DNA of 64,000 nt from Nitrospirota bacterium (lineage in GTDB: Bacteria > Nitrospirota > UBA9217), in the NCBI GenBank assembly GCA_963845065.1, contig CAWJQQ010000008.1:224001-288000 (forward strand), in the 5' to 3' direction. The translations under genes and the position numbers were made by a program. The notes below the pieces were generated by a model. The model did not search any database. It saw nothing but the letters and a program-made list of their open reading frames with translations, and had not been told where the DNA came from. Shown here piece by piece: positions 51,792 through 62,023 of this stretch (the first letter of the stretch is position 1; each line of letters opens with the position of its first letter).

Positions 51792-53174
51792 ATGCCATCC
51801 TCCTCATACGACACAATCATTATCGGCACCGGGCCTGCGGGCATTTTTGCTGCGCTCGAACTGGTAAAAAACAAAAATCTGAAAATTCTCATGATCGAAA
51901 AAGGAGGCGATCTTGAGCATCGGGCCTGCCCCATGATCGAATCCTCGGTTCCCTGTGTTCAATGCGGGTTTTGCGGCATTCTCTGCGGCTGGGGCGGAGC
52001 AGGAGCTTACAGCGATGGCAAACTGACGCTCACCTCCGATTTCGGTGGATGGCTCAAGGACTATCTTTCCCCGAGCGGTCTCGCATCTGCAATAGATTAT
52101 GTCGATTCCATTTATCGAAACTTCGGTGCGGACGGCGATGTGCACGGTGACAACAAAGAAGCACTGTCACGTCTCAAGAAAAAAGCGGCAGGTTATAATC
52201 TTGAGCTCATACCTGCTAGAATCCGGCACATCGGAACGGACATGTGCCAAGAGGTTTTGAGGCGACTCAAAAATGAGCTAAACAATAAAGTTGATTTTCT
52301 CTTCGATACTCCGGTGCAGCAGATGGGGGTGATCGACGGGGCAGCAGCCGGCGTGACGATCAATGGCACTACAACGATCGAGGCAAAGCACATCATTGTT
52401 GCCGCGGGCAGGGAAGGATCCTCTTGGCTTTCAGGCGAAGCGAAACGGCTTGGCCTCTCGGTCCAGAAGAATCCCGTAGACATAGGCGTAAGGGTCGAAC
52501 TTCCAGCCCCGATCATGAAAGATATCACCGATATAGCCTATGAGGGGAAGTTTATCTACTATTCGAAACGGTTCCGCGATCGCGTGCGCACTTTCTGTAT
52601 GAATCCCTATGGCGAGGTGGTAAAGGAGTTCAGTGAGGGTATTTACAGCGTGAACGGCCATAGCTACAAAAACCGGAAAACGGAGAACACGAACTTTGCC
52701 TTACTCGTGAGCACGGATTTTACCGAACCGTTTGACGATCCCATCTCCTACGGAAAGTACATTGCCGGCCTCGCCAACCTCATTGGCGGAGGGGTGATCG
52801 TCCAGCGGCTCGGTGATCTCAAGATGGGTCGACGGTCCACGCCTGAGAGAATTGTCGAAGCTTCGGTCCGACCGACGCTGGAAGACGCGACGCCCGGGGA
52901 CCTCAGTTTCGTGCTGCCCTACCGTCACCTTCATAACATTACGGAAATGCTCGAAGCGCTGGATAACATAGCGCCGGGCGCAAATTCAGGGGATACGCTT
53001 CTTTATGGAGTGGAGGTGAAGTTCTATTCTATGAAATTGCACGTTACACCCAACCTGGAAACGGAAGTAAAAAATCTTTTCGCAGTCGGCGACGGCGCGG
53101 GCATAACGCGGGGGTTGATCCAGGCTTCCATATCCGGAGTTGTGGCGGCTCGAGAAGTACTAAAGAGGAGCTGA
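51792..53174 (+). CDS. NAD(P)/FAD-dependent oxidoreductase (uncharacterised FAD-dependent dehydrogenase family)
   Basis: IIGTGPAG, GWGGAGAYSDGKL, RTFCMNPYGEV, VNGHS, GDGAGITRG. Confidence 0.85.
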   Translation: MPSSSYDTIIIGTGPAGIFAALELVKNKNLKILMIEKGGDLEHRACPMIESSVPCVQCGFCGILCGWGGAGAYSDGKLTLTSDFGGWLKDYLSPSGLASAIDYVDSIYRNFGADGDVHGDNKEALSRLKKKAAGYNLELIPARIRHIGTDMCQEVLRRLKNELNNKVDFLFDTPVQQMGVIDGAAAGVTINGTTTIEAKHIIVAAGREGSSWLSGEAKRLGLSVQKNPVDIGVRVELPAPIMKDITDIAYEGKFIYYSKRFRDRVRTFCMNPYGEVVKEFSEGIYSVNGHSYKNRKTENTNFALLVSTDFTEPFDDPISYGKYIAGLANLIGGGVIVQRLGDLKMGRRSTPERIVEASVRPTLEDATPGDLSFVLPYRHLHNITEMLEALDNIAPGANSGDTLLYGVEVKFYSMKLHVTPNLETEVKNLFAVGDGAGITRGLIQASISGVVAAREVLKRS

Positions 53175-53562
53175 CTGCAGATTAAGGGAAATTTAACTTC
53201 TCGCCGGGAATTCCCCTTCCGGAAAGGGCGAGGTAGTTTACTGGATTGTCAGACTTCCCGAACCTAGTTGTCTGTTTTTCCTTTGTTACATGCAAACCTG
53301 TTTTAGTCATGATCTGCTTATAGAAATCCCATTTTTTGGCAGCCGCCGATGTTTTTATTCTCTCCGCTGGACGCTTATTAATTATGCCGAAATAAACGAC
53401 AAACATGTTGATCACCATTGTCAGTCTCGTATATAATTGAGGCGTTTCTCGGAATCACTAATAGATATTAATCAGAATGGTTGGTCAGTATCCCCCGGAA
53501 CATTCAAATTTATTCAAAGTATTTAAAATAGAAGCAAACGCTATGTCGATTAGTGATGAACG

Positions 53563-54090
53563 ATGATTATTTTTAGACAAGCTACGATAAATGACATAAA
53601 AATGATTCAAACTCTCGCTCGAAGAATTTGGGAGGAAGCTTATAGCCAGTTGTTGTCAAAAGCGCAGATCGAATACATGCTTGAAATGATGTATTCGAAC
53701 AAGGTAATAGAATCAGAAATCGCGCATGGTACTATCTGGGATCTCATATATTTTAACGGGGAGGCAGTTGGTTATATTTCGTACGTATTCGAAAAGGGCA
53801 ATTCAGTAAAGCTTTCAAAAATCTATATTAGTGAAAAAAGCCGTGGCAGAGGAATCGCTGATAATGCACTTGAGAGAGTAATACGATATGCTATAGAAAA
53901 CGATAAGAGCTTTATTTTTTTGACAGTTAATAAGGGAAATAAACGGGCAATTCGTGCTTATGAGAAAATCGGCTTTTCTATTGTCGAGTCGGTTGTTACC
54001 GACATTGGCAATGGCTTTGTCATGGATGATCACATAATGAAATATTACTGTACTGGATCAAAAAATGAGACCCAAAAGGTATGTGGTTAA
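53563..54090 (+). CDS. GNAT-family N-acetyltransferase (AT-rich)
   Basis: KLSKIYI..RGRGIA..LTVNKGNKRAIRAYEKIGF..DIGNGFVMDD. Confidence 0.87.
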   Translation: MIIFRQATINDIKMIQTLARRIWEEAYSQLLSKAQIEYMLEMMYSNKVIESEIAHGTIWDLIYFNGEAVGYISYVFEKGNSVKLSKIYISEKSRGRGIADNALERVIRYAIENDKSFIFLTVNKGNKRAIRAYEKIGFSIVESVVTDIGNGFVMDDHIMKYYCTGSKNETQKVCG

Positions 54091-54153
54091 TTGTTGCCGA
54101 ATATGAACGTGATCGGTAGCGGAGAAACGTCGAAAGTAGTAGTCATTCGTTAC

Positions 54154-55817
54154 CAAACTATCCGCAGAAAGCCCCTGGTTTTAACCATGGGGATGAATGC
54201 GGGAACTTTGTTTTTCAGCAATTAGTAGACAAATGTACATCTATGTGGTATATTTAAACGACCAATGCCGAATAAACCTAAAACCCCATCTTTTATCCAC
54301 GAGTTTCAACTCGTAGCGACTCCAAAGGACAATCGAATGCTCGATGCCCGGCTCGAAGCTGGCCGTTATCTGTACAATGCCTGCCTTGGTGAAGCGATGA
54401 AGCGTCTTACTGCCATGCGGCGATCAGAAAAATGGCTCGTGGCGATCACGAAGAAGAAAAGCAAGCTTCGCACCAAGATGTTTAAGACAGCCAGAACCCA
54501 GGCAGAATATACTGAATACCACCTTCACAACTACGTCGGTATCCTCCGCAATTCCTGCTGGATCAGTGAGCATATTGACAGCCTGACCGCCCAGAAAATA
54601 GCATCTCGAGCATATAGCGCCATCGCTGACTACGAGTTTGGGAAGCATGGCAAACCACGTTTCAAGCGCCATGGCTGGATGTCGTCCCTTGAAGGTAAAA
54701 ACAACAAATCTGGTATTCGGTGGTGCGATGACCATGTGGAGTGGACTGGCCTTCGTCTCAACTGTGTCTTCGACAAGAAAGACAAGTTTGGCGTTCAGGC
54801 TCATGCACTTAGCCATGATGTCAAGTACGTTCGTCTGGTCAAGAAAACTATCCGCGGCAATCCCCGCTGGTTTGCCCAACTCGTGCTTAAAGGCACGGCC
54901 AAGATCAAGCGTGAGAACCAGATTGGCACCGAAACCGTTGGCCTTGACATTGGCCCGTCGACAGTTGCCATCGTTGGTGATACCGATGCGTTACTACTCG
55001 AATTTTGCCCTGAAGTCGAGATACCGTTTAAACGTATCAAGACCGTCCAGCGCACAATGGCCAGAAGCCTTCGTGCTACCAACCCGGGCAACTACAACGG
55101 AGACAAAACCATCAAAACGGGTAAAAAGCAGTGGGTCTTTTCTGCTCAATACCGTATTCTTAAAGCTAAGCTCGCCGAACTTCAAAGGATCCTTGCTGAA
55201 ACCAGAAAACGGTCTCATGGCAAGCTCGTGAACAAAGTCCTCACTCTCGGTACCGACATCAAGACCGAGAAACTGTCGTACAAAGCATTTCAGAAACTCT
55301 ATGGTAAAAGTATTTCGCGACGAGCTCCGGGGATGTTTATGTCGATGCTTCACCACAAAGCCGAAAACGCTGGCGGTAAAGTAACCGAGTTTTCTACCCG
55401 GAGCACAAAGCTTTCCCAGACATGCCATTGCGGAACAGTAGCCAAAAAATCATTGTCCCAAAGATGGCATGCCTGCAACTGCGGGGTAAGCACCCAGCGT
55501 GATCTCTATTCCGCATTCCTTGCAAAGCATGTTTCTAACGATGTCCTCGACACGCGTCAGGCTGCCAAAGCCTGGCCGGGTGCAAACCTGCTCCTGGAAC
55601 GGGCGGTGTTGGGGGTGCAGCATGAAGCGGCAAAGGGTCGAATTCATCCAACCAGCTTCGGTATCAAGCACGAGAACACCACGAACCGGAGACAGAGCTG
55701 CTCGTCCGTTAAAGGCGGATCAACGACAGTCGAGGCCGACAACGTTCGTATTGTTGCCGGAGAGCCTGTCGGTACAGCCGCTAGAACCCCCTGGCTTTAG
55801 ACATGGGGAGTGGTCAG
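54154..55817 (+). mobile_element. IS200/IS605-family tnpB-only element, copy C
   Basis: TTAC (54150-54153)|left end matching copy B; right end GAAC-cccctggctttagacatgggg-agtggTCAG. Confidence 0.95.
54265..55800 (+). CDS. tnpB: RNA-guided endonuclease TnpB (511 aa, apparently intact)
   Basis: VGLDIG / IKTEKL / QRDLYSA catalytic motifs and CxC..CxC Zn finger intact. Confidence 0.92.
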   Translation: MPNKPKTPSFIHEFQLVATPKDNRMLDARLEAGRYLYNACLGEAMKRLTAMRRSEKWLVAITKKKSKLRTKMFKTARTQAEYTEYHLHNYVGILRNSCWISEHIDSLTAQKIASRAYSAIADYEFGKHGKPRFKRHGWMSSLEGKNNKSGIRWCDDHVEWTGLRLNCVFDKKDKFGVQAHALSHDVKYVRLVKKTIRGNPRWFAQLVLKGTAKIKRENQIGTETVGLDIGPSTVAIVGDTDALLLEFCPEVEIPFKRIKTVQRTMARSLRATNPGNYNGDKTIKTGKKQWVFSAQYRILKAKLAELQRILAETRKRSHGKLVNKVLTLGTDIKTEKLSYKAFQKLYGKSISRRAPGMFMSMLHHKAENAGGKVTEFSTRSTKLSQTCHCGTVAKKSLSQRWHACNCGVSTQRDLYSAFLAKHVSNDVLDTRQAAKAWPGANLLLERAVLGVQHEAAKGRIHPTSFGIKHENTTNRRQSCSSVKGGSTTVEADNVRIVAGEPVGTAARTPWL

Positions 55818-56019
55818 GCTAAACGTAGTACATCTGCCCTTAGTCTTTTCCCCCGACATACTTAAACCAGCTACAAGGAGGGGGACAGATTTAAAATGTG
55901 CAATTTTTTGTAACTATGTGTATTATTTAAAATTTTATTTGAGTATTTTTTAAAGTTGTGATATGGTATGCAATCACTTAGCAGTTATAATGCAATTCTC
56001 ATTAAGGAGGGGAAAAAGA

Positions 56020-56343
56020 ATGAAGAAGATAGCAGTTGTTCTCGCAATTTTGGTAGTGATTGTATCGTTGGTTTCTCTTGCTTTCGCAGCCGGCATGGAA
56101 GGCATGCAGAAAGGCACCATCAAGAAGGTAGATGTAAAGACTCACAAGGTCGTTTTTTGCGAAGAAGGCACCAATAAAGACATAACACTGAACGCAGATA
56201 AGTCCATTGATCTCGCCAACTTGAAGACTGGCGAAAAGGTAGAGGTCTCTATCGAAAAACATACGCTGATGCATGTAATGGCAGTATCGACCGAAGCTCC
56301 CGCTGCTCCTGCAGCTAAGCCTAAGGCACCAGTGGGTTGCTAA
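56020..56343 (+). CDS. Small secreted protein, probable OB-fold-like (KGTIKKVD...LKTGEKVEV)
   Basis: SD aaggagg, signal peptide, followed by an intrinsic terminator. Confidence 0.7.
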   Translation: MKKIAVVLAILVVIVSLVSLAFAAGMEGMQKGTIKKVDVKTHKVVFCEEGTNKDITLNADKSIDLANLKTGEKVEVSIEKHTLMHVMAVSTEAPAAPAAKPKAPVGC

Positions 56344-56361
56344 GCCAAGCTTGACTCTCAG

Positions 56362-56394
56362 AGGGAGTCTCCCTAAGGGAGACTCCCTTTTTTT
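56362..56394 (+). terminator. Intrinsic terminator
   Basis: agggagtctccc-taa-gggagactccct followed by a T run. Confidence 0.88.
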
Positions 56395-56546
56395 GAACTC
56401 TGTCAGCGCATTCCCCCGCCGCTAGGCGAAAGCGCTAGGAAGAGGCCAATCGGATACCTCAAGTCTTTAATGGTTAATGTGTTTATGTGGCCAAAAGTAG
56501 GCATATATTCATATGCGATATAAAGTTCATGTTTTATCTATTAACC

Positions 56547-56790
56547 ATGAGCCTAACTAGCTGTGCAAAATTCAGAGCCTATCCGGCGGAGAAGCAACAA
56601 GAGGTACTTTTTCAATGGATAGGGCGACAACAGTTGGTATACAACGCCAAGGTCGCCGAGGACCATTACTTCCGCACGTTTCGTAATCACTCTCTAGCTT
56701 TGACTGGCATGCTAACTCCTGTCAGCAATACTCTCAATTCAAGGATTAGTAGCTTACGCCGTTATAATACGATGTGCCCCCCCAGAACTC
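56547..56790 (+). pseudogene. N-terminal fragment of a different TnpB (IS605 OrfB HTH region)
   Basis: AKFRAYPAEKQQEVLFQWIGRQQLVYNAKVAEDHYFRTF, then frameshift into QQYSQFKD; no RuvC region follows. Confidence 0.75.
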
Positions 56791-57102
56791 TTACCCGAGA
56801 AGCCGGTAAATAGTTTGTCTCTTTCTCCTATTATATTGTTGATATCGAGTCGCCGGAATACCGCGCGATTAAGCGATTTGCTGCGCGTAAGAGAGAGTGC
56901 TGTGTATTCATTTTTATCCCTGAGGGTGGCGAGACAGCGAACGCTGCGCGCCCGGCAGCAAAACCGGTCAACTGGAGATGCGGAAAGGGACAGCCCACAC
57001 AACCCACAAAATGCCTTGATTTATAGGGGAATTTGTATTATTATTGTCATCCAATTGCGGATTGACGAGAACCGTTAAAACAAAAATAACGAGGAGGAAT
57101 AA

Positions 57103-57330
57103 GTGATCAAAGTGAACCAGGAAGAACTCAAGCAGAAAATCGAGAAATTGAAAAAGGCGGCAGCAGAAAAGGCAACGAAAGCAGAAGACAAAAAGTCCGA
57201 TGCTAAGGTACGCAAGGCGCGTAAGAAGGTCAAGCGGGCACAGAGAAAGCTTCGCGCTGCCAAGGCGTATAAGTCCTCTGGTAAGAAAGCAGGGGAAGCT
57301 AAGCCGGCCGAAGAAAAGGCGTCCGCATAA
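57103..57330 (+). CDS. Small Lys/Ala/Arg-rich basic protein
   Basis: SD gaggagg before GTG; 75 aa; 15 nt before rlpA. Confidence 0.7.
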   Translation: MIKVNQEELKQKIEKLKKAAAEKATKAEDKKSDAKVRKARKKVKRAQRKLRAAKAYKSSGKKAGEAKPAEEKASA

Positions 57331-57345
57331 CCGGAAGGCAGTAAC

Positions 57346-58080
57346 ATGTTGTTCGGATTTTCTTATAGGATTTTACCGTTGCGCAAGGCCTTTGTGCTAT
57401 TCGCGGTTGTGGTGTCGGCAGCGGCATGCGCGGGTACGGTCAGGCCGTCGGCGCAGAAGCCGGCTTCGGCACCGTCCTTGCCCATTGCATCATCTGTCAC
57501 TTCATCGGTGACCACATCCGCACCCGCCAGAGGGCCTGTCCCCATCTTCGGGGAAACAGGGACAGCTGCCTGGTATGGGAGGGAGTATCAGGGAAAGAAA
57601 ACAGCGAGCGGAGAGGTCTTTGATATGCTCGGCCTCACGGCCGCCCACCGAATCTTGCCGCTTGGCACGGTCATTCGCGTTACCAATCTTGAAAATGTTA
57701 AAAGCGTCACCGTTACCATAAACGACCGCGGCCCATTCATCAGGAACATGATCCTTGAGCTTTCTTACGCGGCTGCAAAAGAGCTGGGTTTTGTCTCTAA
57801 AGGCACTGCACGCGTGCAAATCGATATACTGAAATTAGGGCATGAGCCGGCCCAGTACACAGTGTATGCCGCGACCTATACCGAGGAAGAGAACGCGCGG
57901 CTTCTGAAATTCCGTTTATCAAAAAAGTTTGAAGTAGTCGCCATCGTGCCATTCGAGACGAATGTTGCCAGGTTCTATCGAGTTCGCGTCGGGTCGTATA
58001 CGTCAGAAGAGCATGCGGAACAGGTGGCGGCTAAACTGGTGCGCGAAGGGCTTGAACCGGTCGTTTTGAGAAAAGACTGA
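57346..58080 (+). CDS. rlpA: Septal ring lytic transglycosylase RlpA with SPOR domain
   Basis: GTAAWYG..TASGE..TAAH..LPLG..INDRGPF; C-terminal YRVRVG. Confidence 0.9.
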   Translation: MLFGFSYRILPLRKAFVLFAVVVSAAACAGTVRPSAQKPASAPSLPIASSVTSSVTTSAPARGPVPIFGETGTAAWYGREYQGKKTASGEVFDMLGLTAAHRILPLGTVIRVTNLENVKSVTVTINDRGPFIRNMILELSYAAAKELGFVSKGTARVQIDILKLGHEPAQYTVYAATYTEEENARLLKFRLSKKFEVVAIVPFETNVARFYRVRVGSYTSEEHAEQVAAKLVREGLEPVVLRKD

Positions 58081-58119
58081 ACGCATTCAGCGTGAAATTG
58101 GAGAATGCAGGCAGGGGCC

Positions 58120-59616
58120 ATGAAGATCAATGTCATAGCAGGCAAACTTGAAAAACACAAAACAGACGGTGCAGCCATCCTTCTCTTTGCAGAGGAAAGA
58201 TTTGGGGCGGCTATGGAGCGGATCGACAAGGCGCTCGGCGGGACCGTGGAGAAGCTTATTCAGCGCGGTGATTTTAAACCTAAGCCAGGGGCAGTGCATC
58301 TTCTTTACCCCGAAGGCAGGATTCCGGCAAAGCGGCTGATCCTCGCAGGACTAGGTAAGAGGGGCGAGTTCACGCTCAACCGCCTGCGACAGGCCGTCGG
58401 CAAGGCAGCTCCTTCGCTGCGGGCAGCCGGAGCTCGTGACGTTACAGTCCTTGTTGACGGATTCGGCCTGAATTTCGGAGAAGCGTCCCAGGCCCTCGTC
58501 GAAGGAAGCATGCTCGGCCTCTACCGTTTTTTGAAATACAAGACTAACGAAGAGAACGATCGGAACCAAGACATCACGACGATCACGCTTCTGACCGAGA
58601 CTGTAGCTTCGGTCAAAGCACTTCAAGCTGGCGCTAACGACGGAGTAGTGATTGCCGAATCTACTAATATGGTCCGCGATATGGTGAATTCTCCGCCTGT
58701 TGACATGACGCCGACAATCGTAGCTGCAAAGGCTCGGGAGATTGCGCAACGGTTTGGCTTCACCGTACAGGTGATTGAACGCTCCAAGATGCAGAAACTT
58801 GGAATGGGCGCCCTCCTCGGGGTTGCCTCGGGAAGCGTGCAACCGCCGAAGTTCATCATTATCGAATACCGAAAGGGTGGGAAGAAGCCTGTTATCGCTC
58901 TCGTGGGTAAGACAATCACCTTCGATTCTGGCGGGATATCAATTAAGCCTTCCGAGAACATGGACAAAATGAAGGACGACATGTCAGGTGGGGCGGCGGT
59001 ACTCGGAGCGATTCGAACGGCTGCAGCACTTAAGCTTCCACTCAACATTGTTGGCCTGCTCCCGGCAACGGAGAATATGCCGAGCGGCAGCGCGTATAAA
59101 CCCGGCGATGTACTCCGGACAATGTCCGGACAGACCATTGAGATTATCAATACCGATGCTGAAGGAAGGCTCATTCTGTCAGATGCCTTAGCATATGCGT
59201 GTCGATACAAACCGGCGGTAATCGTTGACATTGCAACGCTTACCGGGGCCTGTAGGATCGCTCTGGGCCAGGAGGCCACGGGCATGGTCGGCACAGATGA
59301 GAAGCTGAAACAGATGATCCGTAATGCCGGTGAGAAAACCGGCGAGCCTGTGTGGGAAATGCCGCTCTGGGAGGGTTACTATGACCAGATCAAGAGTGAT
59401 ATTGCAGACATGAAGAACGCCGGCAGCAGGGACGGCGGGATGATTACGGCAGCTGCACTTCTTTCCAAGTTCATACAGAAATATCCCTGGGTGCATCTTG
59501 ATATAGCGGCAACTGCCTGGACCGAGAAGGACAGGCCCTATACACCGAAAGGTGCGACTGGTATCGGCATGCGGCTGTTAACGCAGTTTTTGAGAGACTA
59601 CGAAAAGAAAAGTTAG
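58120..59616 (+). CDS. pepA: Leucyl aminopeptidase (M17)
   Basis: VGKTITFDSGG, MKDDMSG, NTDAEGRL, WVHLDIA. Confidence 0.95.
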   Translation: MKINVIAGKLEKHKTDGAAILLFAEERFGAAMERIDKALGGTVEKLIQRGDFKPKPGAVHLLYPEGRIPAKRLILAGLGKRGEFTLNRLRQAVGKAAPSLRAAGARDVTVLVDGFGLNFGEASQALVEGSMLGLYRFLKYKTNEENDRNQDITTITLLTETVASVKALQAGANDGVVIAESTNMVRDMVNSPPVDMTPTIVAAKAREIAQRFGFTVQVIERSKMQKLGMGALLGVASGSVQPPKFIIIEYRKGGKKPVIALVGKTITFDSGGISIKPSENMDKMKDDMSGGAAVLGAIRTAAALKLPLNIVGLLPATENMPSGSAYKPGDVLRTMSGQTIEIINTDAEGRLILSDALAYACRYKPAVIVDIATLTGACRIALGQEATGMVGTDEKLKQMIRNAGEKTGEPVWEMPLWEGYYDQIKSDIADMKNAGSRDGGMITAAALLSKFIQKYPWVHLDIAATAWTEKDRPYTPKGATGIGMRLLTQFLRDYEKKS

Positions 59617-59634
59617 CAACACGGAGGCAAGCTC

Positions 59635-59790
59635 CGCGGTTTTTCAAAAGCAGCTGAAGCGCTCTATCTCACCCAGCCGACCGTGAGCGGTCTCCTGAAG
59701 ATTGGCGGAAGTACAATACCGGGCGCCTACATTCTGCCATCGCTTATCGGAGCATTCAAAAAACAACTGCCATCCGCGACCATTCAACTT
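59635..59790 (+). pseudogene. Internally deleted LysR-type regulator remnant
   Basis: In-frame RGFSKAAEALYLTQPTVSG joined directly to LLKIGGSTIPGAYILPSLIGAFKKQLP. Confidence 0.75.
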
Positions 59791-59799
59791 CCAAAGTAC

Positions 59800-59952
59800 T
59801 CGCTTAGGCCAGAGATAGAGTGGATCGCCTGTGAAAGAAAATCATGGCAAACTCAATGTCTGGGATGTTGTAGCGACGGTCCATTTCTGTCGTGAGAGCT
59901 CCGAAGAGAGAATGGTTTTCAGAACCCCTGGCTTTAGCCATGGGGAATTCAG
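59800..59952 (+). mobile_element. Orphan IS200/IS605 right end (possible stand-alone omega-RNA remnant)
   Basis: GAAC-ccctggctttagccatggg-gaatTCAG at 59922-59952; 5' boundary uncertain. Confidence 0.65.
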
Positions 59953-59983
59953 ACGTCTGTTCTATCTGGAGTAATATTTATCT

Positions 59984-61990
59984 ATGGCAAGATTTAGAAT
60001 CGTATCTAATTTTAAGCCTACAGGCGACCAGCCGCAGGCGATTGAAAAACTGTCCGAAGGCGTCATCAAAGGCCTCCCGCACCAAGTGCTCCTGGGCGTG
60101 ACCGGGTCAGGCAAGACTTTTACCATAGCGAACGTTGTGGAGCGGGTACAGAAACCCACGCTCGTTATTGCGCATAACAAAACACTGGCTGCGCAGTTAT
60201 ATAATGAGTTCAAGGAACTCTTTCCCGAGAACGCGGTAGAGTACTTCGTCTCCTATTACGATTACTACCAACCTGAGGCGTACCTGCCCACGACCGACAC
60301 CTATATAGAGAAAGATTCTTCCATCAACGAACAGATAGACCGCATGCGACACTCGGCAACGAATTCGCTTTTCGAACGGAGCGACGTGATCGTTGTGTCC
60401 TCGGTCTCCTGCATCTACGGCTTAGGCTCGCCGGAGGCCTACCATGGCATGCTGCTGTTTCTAGAAAAAGGCCAACAGATCGACCGGAATGAAATCCTCC
60501 GGAAACTCGTGGACATCCAGTATACACGGAACGACTTCGATTTTCAGCGAGGGACATTTCGGGTACGTGGTGACGTCGTAGAAATCTTTCCCGCGTCCTT
60601 TGAGAATACCGCTATCCGTGTCGAGATGTTCGGCGACGAGATTGATACGATCTCGGAGTTCGACCCCCTCCTGGGCACACCGCTCAAGAAACTCGAAAAG
60701 GTGGCCATTTATCCCGGCAGCCATTACGTGATCCCGGAATCGCGCATGAAAGAGGCCATCGACGGCATTCACGAAGAACTGCGGGAACGAATCCAGTATT
60801 TCCGCAAGATGAATAATCTGATCGAGGCCCAGCGCATCGAGCAGCGGACCATGTTCGACCTTGAAATGATCCAGGAAATGGGCTACTGCCATGGCATCGA
60901 GAATTACTCACGTCATCTGTCGGGACGGGCACCGGGAGAACCACCGCCGACCTTGCTCGATTACTTTCCCAAGGATTATTTGCTCGTCGTTGACGAGTCC
61001 CACGCCACGGTCCCGCAGATCGGCGGAATGTACAATGGCGACCGGGCGCGCAAACAGACGCTTGTGGACTTCGGCTTCCGTCTACCGTCGGCTCTCGATA
61101 ACCGTCCGTTAAACTTCGAGGAGTTCGAGGCTCGCGTGAAGCAAACCGTATATGTCTCAGCAACACCGGCAGATTTTGAGACGAATAAGTCCGGCAACCG
61201 GATCATTGAACAAGTAATTCGTCCGACGGGACTCACCGATCCGAAGATCGCGATCAGGCCAGCCAAGGGACAGGTTGACGATCTTTTGAACGAGATCAGG
61301 AAGCGGGCAGACGCAAAAGAGCGGGTGCTCGTGACCACGCTCACCAAGAGAATGGCGGAAGATCTGACTGAGCATTACAAAGAACTGAACGTGAAGGTCG
61401 CCTATTTACACTCTGATATCGATACTCTTGAGCGTGTGGACATTATTCGCGATTTGCGCATGGGCAAATACGATGTGCTCATCGGCATCAATCTGCTGCG
61501 TGAAGGGCTCGACATCCCCGAGGTATCTATGGTAGCGATCCTGGACGCGGACAAGGAAGGGTTCCTGCGTTCAGCGCGGTCTCTCATCCAAACCATGGGC
61601 CGCGCTGCCCGACATGTGAACGGTGAAGTCATTCTTTACGCAGAGAAGATCACCGATTCGATGAAAAATGCCATCAGTGAAACGAACCGCCGGCGAACTG
61701 TTCAGGAAGAGTACAACAAGAAGCATAACATCACCCCGATATCCATCAAGAAAAACATCCAGGCCGCGCTCAGGACAGTGTACGAACAGGATTACTTTAC
61801 CGTGCCGATCACTGCTGAGGATGCCGGGGAATACGTGCCGACGGTGAATATTCCAGCACTGATTGCTTCGCTCGACAAAAAGATGCGTGCGGCAGCTAAA
61901 GAGCTGGATTTCGAGACCGCAGCAGAGCTTCGGGATAAGATCAGATCACTCAGGCAGCAGGAGATGGCGGTAGGGGTGAAAGTGGAGTAA
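59984..61990 (+). CDS. uvrB: Excinuclease ABC subunit B
   Basis: [40 protein letters not shown]. Confidence 0.97.
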   Translation: MARFRIVSNFKPTGDQPQAIEKLSEGVIKGLPHQVLLGVTGSGKTFTIANVVERVQKPTLVIAHNKTLAAQLYNEFKELFPENAVEYFVSYYDYYQPEAYLPTTDTYIEKDSSINEQIDRMRHSATNSLFERSDVIVVSSVSCIYGLGSPEAYHGMLLFLEKGQQIDRNEILRKLVDIQYTRNDFDFQRGTFRVRGDVVEIFPASFENTAIRVEMFGDEIDTISEFDPLLGTPLKKLEKVAIYPGSHYVIPESRMKEAIDGIHEELRERIQYFRKMNNLIEAQRIEQRTMFDLEMIQEMGYCHGIENYSRHLSGRAPGEPPPTLLDYFPKDYLLVVDESHATVPQIGGMYNGDRARKQTLVDFGFRLPSALDNRPLNFEEFEARVKQTVYVSATPADFETNKSGNRIIEQVIRPTGLTDPKIAIRPAKGQVDDLLNEIRKRADAKERVLVTTLTKRMAEDLTEHYKELNVKVAYLHSDIDTLERVDIIRDLRMGKYDVLIGINLLREGLDIPEVSMVAILDADKEGFLRSARSLIQTMGRAARHVNGEVILYAEKITDSMKNAISETNRRRTVQEEYNKKHNITPISIKKNIQAALRTVYEQDYFTVPITAEDAGEYVPTVNIPALIASLDKKMRAAAKELDFETAAELRDKIRSLRQQEMAVGVKVE

Positions 61991-62023
61991 TAGCAGGGGT
62001 CAGTGGCAGTGGCAAGGACTAAC

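Noticed and set aside
56820..57060. GC-rich non-coding stretch as an ncRNA
   Set aside because: No convincing structure or family motif
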